Shown piece by piece: positions 1-7,062 of a stretch of 25,274 nucleotides of DNA (the stretch's first letter is position 1; every line of letters starts with the position of its first letter). The notes below the pieces were generated by a model, which was not told where the DNA came from, did not search any database, and saw nothing but the letters and a program-made list of their open reading frames with translations. The DNA is taken from positions 1 to 25,274 of IMG/VR virus record IMGVR_UViG_3300025872_000280, one strand, 5' to 3'. The position numbers and the translations under genes are program-made. The stretch comes from a virus. Taxonomy: Duplodnaviria > Caudoviricetes.

Positions 1-8
1 ATCGTTCA

Positions 9-50
9 GCGACCCCCGGCCCAACTGGAGCCGACCCCGCCCCAAGTGGA
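9..50. repeat. Two imperfect tandem 21-nt units (GCGACCCCCGGCCCAACTGGA / GCCGACCCCGCCCCAAGTGGA)
   Basis: Read directly at 9-29 and 30-50. The core CCCCGSCCCA recurs at 61-70 in the terminator stem. The array may continue beyond the window edge. Confidence 0.55.
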
Positions 51-53
51 AAC

Positions 54-87
54 AAAAAAACCCCGGCCCACTTTCGTGGGCGCGGGG
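54..87 (-). terminator. Rho-independent terminator downstream of the 124..867 gene
   Basis: Minus strand reads CCCCG(C)GCCCAC-GAAA-GTGGGCCGGGG followed by T7: an 11-bp GC stem with one bulge, a GNRA loop and a U-tract. Confidence 0.9.
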
Positions 88-103
88 CGTGTTGCGGATT
101 GTC

Positions 104-123
104 GAGTCTCAGTACTGAGACTG
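104..123. repeat. Palindromic direct repeat, copy 1 (GAGTCTCAGTACTGAGACTG)
   Basis: Contains the perfect 18-bp palindrome AGTCTCAGTACTGAGACT (105-122) and abuts the stop codon at 124-126. Matches 998-1017 at 19/20 positions. Confidence 0.9.
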
Positions 124-867
124 TCAAGTCCCCTTCGCGGCGCGAATCGCTGCTGCTTCCAACGCCTTCAGTCGGTCGATGGCACTGTGCAGAATCTTGA
201 CGGCTTCCGCAGTCGATTGGCCGCTGAGCGACCACGCCAAGTCCGCGCACTTCTTCGCCCGCCCCTCAGCATCCAAGTCCGCGCTGGGATCGGTGGGCGA
301 CTTCTTCGTGCGGATCCCGGCGTCCGCCATGGCCGCTTCCGAAGACTTCCCCGCAGCGCGTGCCGCATTGTAGTTCTTGGAGCGAGTGCGCAGAATCGAC
401 CCGATGGCATCCGGGTTCTTCTTGTCCTTGCGAAGTGCGCCAATGTTCGCTGCGAGAGCGTCCATAGGAATCCGGCACTCCTCCGCCGCCGCCGTTCCCA
501 TGGCGTCCAGTGCCGCCCCTGCGGCGATGGAACGGTAAACCGTCTTCGCATTCGGCGCGGCGCCGTTCGCAGCACTGGCCGCGATGAACCAGTCCGCGAA
601 GTTCGACCATCCGGCGACGGTGTGGTGACCGATCCGATACAGGCGATGCATGGCCATCGCGGCGCTCTTCGCGGAAGCCTCGATCCCGTCGAGCGCCTTG
701 CAAACGGTCAGGACGCCGCCGATGGCATCGTCACGCATCTTGCCGAGGTTGGAATCCCACGACTTGGGCGCAGTCTTCTCCGTCTTCGTCGGAACGACTG
801 CGGCGACTGCGGCGACTGCGGTGGCAGTTGCGGTCTCTGACTTCGTGTTGCGGTTCTTAGCCTTCAT
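124..867 (-). CDS. Basic, Ala-rich hypothetical protein (247 aa); probable first early gene and possible helix-turn-helix DNA-binding protein
   Basis: ATG at 867 is preceded by GAAAGG; the TTG at 963 used in the ORF track falls in the predicted -35 box. The segment LYRIGHHTVAGWSNFADWF...NAKTVYRSIAAG resembles the GY.TFE.Y...SR..AYRLI.A helical motif of DUF3102-like phage proteins (recalled, not searched). Confidence 0.75.
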   Translation of the reverse strand: MKAKNRNTKSETATATAVAAVAAVVPTKTEKTAPKSWDSNLGKMRDDAIGGVLTVCKALDGIEASAKSAAMAMHRLYRIGHHTVAGWSNFADWFIAASAANGAAPNAKTVYRSIAAGAALDAMGTAAAEECRIPMDALAANIGALRKDKKNPDAIGSILRTRSKNYNAARAAGKSSEAAMADAGIRTKKSPTDPSADLDAEGRAKKCADLAWSLSGQSTAEAVKILHSAIDRLKALEAAAIRAAKGT

Positions 868-935
868 GTTCTCTTGCCTTTCGCTTTGATCGATCCGGGC
901 CCTGCGGAGTTGCGGGGTTGCCGTCCGATGGATGC

Positions 936-963
936 ATCTTGCCAGTGAATCGGCGCGGTGCAA
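936..963 (-). promoter_or_regulatory. Putative host sigma70-type promoter
   Basis: TTGCAC-N16-CAAGAT with an extended -10 TG (TGgCAAGAT), about 70 nt upstream of the ATG at 867. This is where T7-like phages carry host-RNAP early promoters. Confidence 0.5.
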
Positions 964-997
964 GTAGTTCCCGCAGAATTTGACGAAGATTGTTTCA

Positions 998-1017
998 GAG
1001 TCTCAGTGCTGAGACTG
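998..1017. repeat. Palindromic direct repeat, copy 2 (GAGTCTCAGTGCTGAGACTG)
   Basis: AGTCTCAG-TG-CTGAGACT at 999-1016, about 35 nt upstream of the predicted -35 box. One mismatch to 104-123. Confidence 0.9.
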
Positions 1018-1079
1018 AGGGCCGATAACAAACGGGGAGGGAGAGACGGAGCGACTCCAATATTCGCGCGCCCGCGCAT

Positions 1080-1103
1080 CACGCGCACGCACGCGCACGC
1101 GCG
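1080..1103. repeat. 24-nt alternating purine/pyrimidine tract containing (ACGCGCACGC)x2
   Basis: CACGCGCACGCACGCGCACGCG-type run read directly in a non-coding region. Confidence 0.7.
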
Positions 1104-1172
1104 GGAAAGCAGGAGTGCCGCATGGTCCGATAACCAACAACCGGCCAGAGGCTCGCCACGCGCAACGCACAG

Positions 1173-1229
1173 GCCCCCACCGGGGGGCGCGGCGCGCGCT
1201 ACGCTATATCAAACCCTCTCAGATTTTTT
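1173..1229 (-). other. T7-like genome terminus / packaging signature (start of the direct terminal repeat predicted near 1211)
   Basis: Minus strand reads AAAAAATCTGAG, 30 nt, then GCCCCC-CGGT-GGGGGC. As recalled, T7 has AAAAATCTGAGTGACTA just before its terminal repeat, followed by CCCCCATAGGGGG at nearly the same spacing. It lies between the last late gene and the first early-type promoter. Confidence 0.65.
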
Positions 1230-1247
1230 CACCAAACATTCCAGACC

Positions 1248-1379
1248 CTACTTCTTCTTCTTGATCTTCATTTTCTCAGGGAGCTTGGAAATGCTTGGAG
1301 TCTCTTTGGCCCACCGCTTGGCCATCTCTGGCTTGGTAGCGAACATGAACCGCTGTTGAGCTTTGGACTTGAACGGCAT
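1248..1379 (-). CDS. Small basic phage protein, 43 aa (MPFKSKAQQRFMFATKPEMAKRWAKETPSISKLPEKMKIKKKK); absent from the ORF track
   Basis: Translated by hand. A GGGAG RBS precedes the ATG at 1379 and the stop is TAG at 1248-1250. The MPFKSKAQ.R.M....P..AKRW pattern is one I recognise from small proteins of uncultured phages. Confidence 0.8.
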   Translation of the reverse strand: MPFKSKAQQRFMFATKPEMAKRWAKETPSISKLPEKMKIKKKK

Positions 1380-1408
1380 GGCTTGTCTCCCAATGGCTCT
1401 AGAATGGC

Positions 1409-1762
1409 CTACAAGGCTTCCGGTGCATCCGGCAGGGTCTGGCTAGGGGGCCAGTCTGGAAGGTCTGTAATGGCATTCTCCGGGCCTTTGCGAAGACGCT
1501 CCAAGAACCAAGGATTCTGGAAGAAGATCGCCATCAGGGAGACCTCCAAGGTTCGGATCTGAGACTCATCGAGGTTCAGCCCGTAGATCTCGGAGATCAT
1601 CTCCATGGTCTCATGAAGGATGGTACTGGTAAGAACTTCTTGGTTCAGCTTATTACTGACCTGTATCTCTGGATAAGGGTAGAAGGAGAACTGTCCAAAG
1701 TCACCTTCAGGCATCTCTGTAACAACAACAGGGATCTTGTAGGTGTTGAACAACAGCTGCAT
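1409..1762 (-). CDS. Zincin/ImmA-like metallopeptidase-fold protein with a degenerate HExxE motif (117 aa)
   Basis: The pattern G.F.....I.V...L......STILHETME...YGL.L.E.QI..LE is typical of small phage HExxH proteins. The start is coupled to the upstream stop as TGATG at 1760-1764. Confidence 0.65.
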   Translation of the reverse strand: MQLLFNTYKIPVVVTEMPEGDFGQFSFYPYPEIQVSNKLNQEVLTSTILHETMEMISEIYGLNLDESQIRTLEVSLMAIFFQNPWFLERLRKGPENAITDLPDWPPSQTLPDAPEAL

Positions 1763-2001
1763 CAACGGTCGCCCTTCTGTCGGTTCTTCTTCCGAGACAT
1801 GATCTTCAGGTTGCTGGGGTGGTTGTTCCGTGGATTGCCATCATGATGGTCCACTTCCTTGCCGTCTCCCTTGCGTACCTTTCCCTTCTTGATCATCATC
1901 CGGCGGGCCTTGTCCCGGCTTACCCGGTTCTTGATCTGCTCCGGCTTGCCGTGGTACTCGCGGTACTCTTCCTTGTAGTTTCGGGGTTCCTTGCGGGGCA
2001 T
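1762..2001 (-). CDS. Small HNH-motif protein (79 aa)
   Basis: GDGKEVDHHDGNPRNNHPSNLKIMSRKKNR fits the DH-x-N-x-NL-x-NR HNH pattern. The N-terminus RNYKEEY is common in podovirus terminase-adjacent HNH proteins. Confidence 0.8.
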   Translation of the reverse strand: MPRKEPRNYKEEYREYHGKPEQIKNRVSRDKARRMMIKKGKVRKGDGKEVDHHDGNPRNNHPSNLKIMSRKKNRQKGDR

Positions 2002-2004
2002 AGT

Positions 2005-2244
2005 TCACCAAGCCTTGCATGACCAGTACCGTGCCTTGGTCTTTGGTCCGGGGTTGTCGCAGTTGTGTCGTGCACGGAAGTTCTTCCGGCGACCGGGGAT
2101 GTGCTTCTTGATCTTCATGTTGGGATCACCGAAGCGGACGATCTTGGTCTTGTCTCCGTCCTTGACGCACACGGCTGACTTCTTCGGTCCACCGGGGGTC
2201 TTCCACGGGACATTCAGCTTCTTGCCTTCGCAGGGGCTTGGCAT
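2005..2244 (-). CDS. Conserved small basic phage protein of unknown function (79 aa)
   Basis: AAGGAG RBS 5 nt before the ATG at 2244. The motif KIVRFGDPNMKIKK...RRKNFRARHNC....KTKARYWSCK.W is one I recognise from aquatic phages. Confidence 0.8.
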   Translation of the reverse strand: MPSPCEGKKLNVPWKTPGGPKKSAVCVKDGDKTKIVRFGDPNMKIKKHIPGRRKNFRARHNCDNPGPKTKARYWSCKAW

Positions 2245-2411
2245 TTGAACTCCTTGCACATTTCCATGACTTCGGGAGATACGGTTTCCCGCATCATCCT
2301 CATGCCCCTAGCTAGGGCGGTGGCAGACACGATGTCTCCCTTGCCTCGGAGATGGTCCTCGTACAGCAGGATGACGGACGCAGCGAGGATCTCAAGATCG
2401 TCTACATCCAT
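2214..2411 (-). CDS. Hypothetical protein (65 aa)
   Basis: Fills the gap between terL and the next gene. The ATG overlaps the end of terL and has a G-rich RBS. Confidence 0.6.
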   Translation of the reverse strand: MDVDDLEILAASVILLYEDHLRGKGDIVSATALARGMRMMRETVSPEVMEMCKEFKCQAPAKARS

Positions 2412-4051
2412 GTGTCCCCCTTGGGCTTGTAACCGATGGCGTGTTCCATAAACCGCTCCAGCTCAAGATCCAGCATCTGCTCCTTGTGGATGGCCATCTT
2501 GCGGTCTGCATCCTGAGCCATCTTGTCTGCCCAGAATCCAACGGCCATGCTGAGGGCGTCCAGACGGTCATCGTGAGCTAGCGATCCCTTGGCCCTGCTG
2601 ATTCGACTGAGCTGCCAGATAAGGGAAAATTGGAGAGCCTTCTCGCTGGCATATGATTTGGTGGATTCGTAATCGTTTTTGATGACTCCGACATCGATGA
2701 CCAGCCTGTGCTGGCACATGACTGGCTCAAGGGTGTCGATGATCCGGCGTTCCTTCTGGATGTTGTGCCGAACCTCCTCGGTCGTGCAGGGGTAGTCCCT
2801 GAGCAGATACGGCTTCAGCAGCTCAGTGAACATACCGTCACCGAAGTTCGACTCCACTAGGATCAGGTTGACCTTGTTGACCTTGGCCACGGATGTCAGC
2901 TTTTTCATGACATCCTCCCCATAGCCTCCTGCAAGGCCGCCACAGGCGGTCACATACAGGAAGCCGTTCAGCATCTTGACCACGCAATAGGAGGTCTCGT
3001 CGCCTCCACGGCCCGCAGGATCGATGGCCATGATTCCGCCCTCGTATGGAATCCACTTGCCTTGGATCTCCATGGGGGCGTAGAAGCGGTCTCCGTTGAA
3101 CCCAACGCACGGCACATCCTTCACGATGTTGTTGGGATTCATCGCCCAGACAGGCTTTTCCGGGGCGTTCTCCGGGTTCAACCCGAACACCATCAGGTCG
3201 TTGATCTTCAGCGGGTAGCGGTCTGCATCGCTGAGGGTCGAGTCCAGCATGAACTGGAGGGCGAAGCCTGTCCTTCCATAGGACGCCTCGCGTTCCATCA
3301 GGTCGATGGCGTCGAACCGCTTTGGATCGGTGGGATCTCCAGCCTTTCCGTTCCTAAGCATGGGAGCCAGACGGTCTCCAAAGGCCACCCTGAGGCGTTC
3401 CTCCGGGAACCTAGCTGGCCACACCCTGATCTCGTACCCCTTCTCCGTCAGTCCGTGGTAGATGCTCTGCTCGGTCTGGGGCGTACCTAGGTAGATGATC
3501 TCCCCACCGGGCTTCAGGACCGCCTCGAACTCGGCAGTGCTTGCAAGCAGCTTGTCTCGCATCACGGCGGTAGCCGAGTTATTCAGAGACTCGACATCGT
3601 CAGCAATGATCAGGTCGCCACGGCTTCCGGTGATCTGGCTGGTGATTCCCTTGGAGACAACGCTTGGGGCCTGACTTGGCGGTGCGGGACCGACATCAAA
3701 GGCGATCTTGCTGTTTCGCTGGCTGTCCTTGGGCTTCAGATGCTGGCAGAACGGGATCTCATGAATCAAGCGCAGGGTGAATGTGCTGAAGTCATCTGCC
3801 CGCTGCTTCGATGCAGAGACCACCAGAACATTGAGGGTCGGGTCGTGCAGAAGGCGCCAGACCACATAGGCGCTGGTCAGCCAGCTCTTACCCACTCCAC
3901 GGAACGCCTCGATGACACGCCTACGCGGACCCTTCTGTAGGTAGCGGGCGATGTCCAGCTGAACCGGAGTCGGCTCAGGAAGCCCAAGGTGATCCCACGC
4001 AAGACATACGAAGTTGCGGAAGTCCTTGAGCTTGTCCTGAGCCTCGCTCAT
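2402..4051 (-). CDS. terL: Terminase large subunit (T7 gp19-like)
   Basis: Walker A AFRGVGKS, Walker B LIIADDVE, coupling motif YLGTPQ, and nuclease motifs MAIDPAGRGGDE, VESNFGDGM and HDDRLDAL. Confidence 0.97.
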   Translation of the reverse strand: MSEAQDKLKDFRNFVCLAWDHLGLPEPTPVQLDIARYLQKGPRRRVIEAFRGVGKSWLTSAYVVWRLLHDPTLNVLVVSASKQRADDFSTFTLRLIHEIPFCQHLKPKDSQRNSKIAFDVGPAPPSQAPSVVSKGITSQITGSRGDLIIADDVESLNNSATAVMRDKLLASTAEFEAVLKPGGEIIYLGTPQTEQSIYHGLTEKGYEIRVWPARFPEERLRVAFGDRLAPMLRNGKAGDPTDPKRFDAIDLMEREASYGRTGFALQFMLDSTLSDADRYPLKINDLMVFGLNPENAPEKPVWAMNPNNIVKDVPCVGFNGDRFYAPMEIQGKWIPYEGGIMAIDPAGRGGDETSYCVVKMLNGFLYVTACGGLAGGYGEDVMKKLTSVAKVNKVNLILVESNFGDGMFTELLKPYLLRDYPCTTEEVRHNIQKERRIIDTLEPVMCQHRLVIDVGVIKNDYESTKSYASEKALQFSLIWQLSRISRAKGSLAHDDRLDALSMAVGFWADKMAQDADRKMAIHKEQMLDLELERFMEHAIGYKPKGDTWM

Positions 4052-4257
4052 GCGGCTTCCTCCTCGTCGGGATCAAAAGGCATGACCTTGGCAAGGTTCA
4101 GCAGTGGCTCGCTGTTCTTGATGGATCCGTCGATGCCGTTGTCCTTCAGGAACTGGCGGGCCACATTGAGGTCTGCGGCGTTGGCTTCACCTGACTGGAT
4201 GCGCTCCAGCAGGGCTCGACCTACCCCTTCATGCAGAAGCTTGAGTATTTCGTCCAT
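4048..4257 (-). CDS. terS: Terminase small subunit (T7 gp18-like)
   Basis: LH......LLERIQSGEA.AADLNVARQFLKDNGI motif; ATGA overlap with terL. Confidence 0.9.
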   Translation of the reverse strand: MDEILKLLHEGVGRALLERIQSGEANAADLNVARQFLKDNGIDGSIKNSEPLLNLAKVMPFDPDEEEAA

Positions 4258-4295
4258 TGTTCTACCGCCAAAAATAAGGACTCAGGTTCAGTGCG

Positions 4296-5168
4296 TTACG
4301 AAGAGAATGAATAGTTGAATGTATCCAATGTAGAGTTCGAGTTAGACACATTCACGACCGTGACCGTGAAGCTTGCTCCAGATTCCGAAGCAAAGCACAC
4401 ATAGTCGTTGTTGGACACGGTAAATGTTCCGTTGTGGCCAATCTGAGTCATCCCTTGTCCCGATGGTGAAGCAGAATCAGAGAAGTCTGTTTCAAAGTCT
4501 TGTCCTTGAAATCCACTTGCACCCTTGTGGTAGTAGATCGTCTGCGATGTATTGCTGAGGCTGATGCGAAGAGTGATCGTCTGACTGATTCCCGTGACCT
4601 GACGCTGGGTGAATCCCCAAAGGTCGATTGAGGACAGGTAGTTGATGTCAGACCAATTCAGCGCATTCGGTACGACATCGCCGCCAGCCGCTGCACTCTT
4701 CAGTGCGGTAAACGAACCTATTACCGCATTCCCTCCGCTCACATTCTGAACCTGATATGTGTTGGTGTTTCCGTTGGTTGTAGGGACAACGGCAAATCCA
4801 ATGTATCGATTTGGGGCGACATTGATGCTTGCGCTGTTTGAACCCGTGAATGACAAAGCGGTCCACGCCCCGGAATTCGTTGAGTAGTCGGTGCTTGTGA
4901 AAGAGCTGGATGAGGATCTGTAGTAAACAGTTCCGCCGTTTCCACCAGTCAGCACAAGACGGATGTTTATGCTGGTGCTGATTCCGGCAACTTGCGCGAC
5001 ATTGTTCGGAACCGCATCTCCATCCGTATAGGACAGGTTGCTCAGGTTCAACCCGGCGGGCTCAATGTCTTCGGTGAGCCCGAGCGATGCATTTGGAATG
5101 CTGTTCAGCTGAAAGCTCATCGGACCCTTTAGAAGGCTTCCTATGGCTTTATATGTAATCAGGTTCAT
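4296..5168 (-). CDS. Ser/Thr/Asn/Gly-rich beta protein with two tandem ~125-aa domains; probable virion adhesin or decoration protein
   Basis: An internal duplication is visible: EDIEPAGLNLSNLSY..QVAGISTSINIR..TVYY..QNVSGGNAVIGSF versus GDVVPNALNWSDINY..QVTGISQTITLR..TIYY..VNVSNSNSTLDTF. RBS GGAAAGGA. Confidence 0.7.
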   Translation of the reverse strand: MNLITYKAIGSLLKGPMSFQLNSIPNASLGLTEDIEPAGLNLSNLSYTDGDAVPNNVAQVAGISTSINIRLVLTGGNGGTVYYRSSSSSFTSTDYSTNSGAWTALSFTGSNSASINVAPNRYIGFAVVPTTNGNTNTYQVQNVSGGNAVIGSFTALKSAAAGGDVVPNALNWSDINYLSSIDLWGFTQRQVTGISQTITLRISLSNTSQTIYYHKGASGFQGQDFETDFSDSASPSGQGMTQIGHNGTFTVSNNDYVCFASESGASFTVTVVNVSNSNSTLDTFNYSFSS

Positions 5169-5190
5169 GGAATCCTTTCCCTAAGACCAA

Positions 5191-6528
5191 TCATCCGGTG
5201 ACTTCCGCAAGTTCAAGGCGACCGACCCACCTGATGGTCTTCCCAGCTTCTCCAACACAGGAAATCTCAAGGAATCCGCTGTTGTTGGCCGCGACGGTGA
5301 CATTCCACGCAGCGACATCCTCGGCAATGACGGTGACGGTCGGAGTTCCAACGAGGGCGGTGGCTCCTCCAACCGCTCGGTCGATGCAGCCTGTAACTTC
5401 ATATGCCGCGCTTTCCGTATCCACAGCCGTGTTCCTTGCGGCAATCAGGCACTTGAACGCCCATGTCGTGTCGTTCGGGATGTAGAGTTGGGAACCCATG
5501 CTCGCCATGATCACGGGAGTCGCGCTGGTCGTGACCGCCTTGATGACATACATGGTCGATTGGGCATCACCGACATTTACGAACGGCGCACCGCCGAACA
5601 CAAATCCGCCGTTCGTGAACGGGACATATCCGCCATGTCCAGCCGCAAACGATGCCTGAGATTCGATTCGGTTGTCGCGTCCTCCCGCGATTGCGCTGAA
5701 GACGGCGTAGGTGGTGCTGCCGATCTTGTTCTGAAAGCCTCCCGAGATGGTCGAATACGACCCGAAGTCAACCGCAGGGTTGCTTCCGCCGATCTGATTG
5801 CTCAGACCGCCGGAGATGACGGCTTGTCCCGAGCATCTGATGGTGTTTGTAGATCCGCTCAGGATTCCGGCGGCGTTCTTTGCATTCGCGCCTTCGACCG
5901 GGCCTTCGATGGTGTTGTTGTTCCCACCGCCGATTGCTCCTCCCGAACACTCGATCCTGTTCGTGTTTCCTCCGGCGATGGTCGAGTTGTTGCCGCTCGC
6001 GATATGGCCGAACCCGCCGCCGATGGTGGCGTAGTTGCCCTGAGCGGCGGTCGCATTCGTCTCGTAGATCGTGTTGGTGTTTCCACCCGAGATCGTCGCG
6101 TAGTCGCCGTTGGCGATGAGGTTGTACGAGCCTCCCGAGATCGTTCCGTGATCCGGGTTGGTCGTGCCATTCGGAGTCACATTGTTCTGACCGTTGTCGA
6201 GATTCAGGCCGATGCGGTGATGCGCTCCTCCTGCAATCGTGCTGGCGATGGTGTCCGTATTTCCGGTGGTCCCTTGGATACCAATGATGTTGTTGTATCC
6301 ACCGCTGATGGTTCGGAGAGATGTGTTTCCGTAGATGATGTTTCGGTTTACCGAGTTACCTCCACCAGCAATCACATTTCCGTAGCAGTCTGAACTTACT
6401 CCAGCGAATTCAATAAGGTTTGAGCCTGTGTTGAATGCGTAGTTCAGCTGCCCAGTATCCCCAGCAGCAGAAACACCCTTGACTCCACCTCCACCCAAGA
6501 GATCAAGCGGAACAGAAAAGTTTGACAT
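5191..6528 (-). CDS. Second tail fibre/spike-like protein with Gly-rich beta-solenoid repeats (445 aa)
   Basis: About 11 repeats of [STA]-T-I-[SAG]-G-G-x-x-[NH]-x-I. The C-terminal domain reads GDAQ...TTSATP...WAFK.LI.AR...TIRWVG.LE..EV. AAGGAG RBS; lies in the tail module. Confidence 0.75.
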   Translation of the reverse strand: MSNFSVPLDLLGGGGVKGVSAAGDTGQLNYAFNTGSNLIEFAGVSSDCYGNVIAGGGNSVNRNIIYGNTSLRTISGGYNNIIGIQGTTGNTDTIASTIAGGAHHRIGLNLDNGQNNVTPNGTTNPDHGTISGGSYNLIANGDYATISGGNTNTIYETNATAAQGNYATIGGGFGHIASGNNSTIAGGNTNRIECSGGAIGGGNNNTIEGPVEGANAKNAAGILSGSTNTIRCSGQAVISGGLSNQIGGSNPAVDFGSYSTISGGFQNKIGSTTYAVFSAIAGGRDNRIESQASFAAGHGGYVPFTNGGFVFGGAPFVNVGDAQSTMYVIKAVTTSATPVIMASMGSQLYIPNDTTWAFKCLIAARNTAVDTESAAYEVTGCIDRAVGGATALVGTPTVTVIAEDVAAWNVTVAANNSGFLEISCVGEAGKTIRWVGRLELAEVTG

Positions 6529-6541
6529 CGAATCTCCTTGG

Positions 6542-6850
6542 TTAGATGATCAGGAACACATCGATGTTGGTCGAAGCGCCAACAGTCGTGATGTTGGTCC
6601 GCATATGGGGAAACACGGCGATGTGGAATCCAGTGGCACTGTTGACTCCGGTCGCAATGTCGATCCAACTGGTTCCGTTTGCGCTTCCCTCGATCTTGAC
6701 TGCCGGAGTTCCTGTCCCACTAGTCACAACCATTTGAACATGACCAGTGTTGTTTCGGTTGTTCTTATCCACCATCGTGTTTGGAATGAACACCGAAGCC
6801 TGTGCTCCACCAACTCCCGCACTTCCGCTGTAAAGTCTGATTGCTTCCAT
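6542..6850 (-). CDS. Small beta-rich hypothetical protein (102 aa), probably virion-associated
   Basis: ATG at 6850 follows the upstream TAG (GAAAGG RBS); the ORF-track extension to 6928 overlaps the upstream gene. Contains a V.IEGS.NGT.W..I beta-sandwich-like pattern. Confidence 0.7.
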   Translation of the reverse strand: MEAIRLYSGSAGVGGAQASVFIPNTMVDKNNRNNTGHVQMVVTSGTGTPAVKIEGSANGTSWIDIATGVNSATGFHIAVFPHMRTNITTVGASTNIDVFLII

Positions 6851-6852
6851 TT

Positions 6853-7062
6853 CTAGCCTTTCATTGGGATTACTTTGACGATGAACCCGGCGATGATGGA
6901 GATGATCGCGGCAGCGCCGAGCATCCAAGCCCTGCTCTGCTCAAGATCCCTGATCCGGTTCTCCAGAATTCTCAGCTCTTCCTCTTGGATGCGGAGCGAT
7001 GTCATCATCGCGTCCACCTTGCCCTCAAGCCGTCCTAGGGCAATCAGGACTTCCTCGGTCAC
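6853..7062 (-). CDS. Coiled-coil plus single C-terminal TM protein (69 aa); holin/XhlA-like
   Basis: A LGRLEGKVD...LENRIRDLEQ heptad region is followed by the hydrophobic WMLGAAAIISIIAGFIV. GTGA coupling to the upstream gene; position is near that of T7 holin 17.5. Confidence 0.65.
   Translation of the reverse strand: MTEEVLIALGRLEGKVDAMMTSLRIQEEELRILENRIRDLEQSRAWMLGAAAIISIIAGFIVKVIPMKG

Noticed and set aside
46-840. 264-aa plus-strand ORF opposite the first early gene
   Set aside because: Arg-rich GC shadow frame that runs through the terminator and palindrome; the expression signals all point to the minus strand.
9-1017. CRISPR array or IS ends as an explanation for the repeats
   Set aside because: Only two palindrome copies 894 bp apart, no spacer periodicity, and no cas, transposase or integrase gene in the window.
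958-1359. 133-aa plus-strand ORF across the end region
   Set aside because: Translates repeats and the reverse complement of the 43-aa gene; its Phe run is the antisense of Lys codons.
2402-4051. Intein or intron in terL
   Set aside because: Length and motif order are continuous and normal for a T7 gp19-type protein.
5488-6393. 301-aa plus-strand ORF
   Set aside because: Antisense shadow of the repetitive 445-aa fibre gene.
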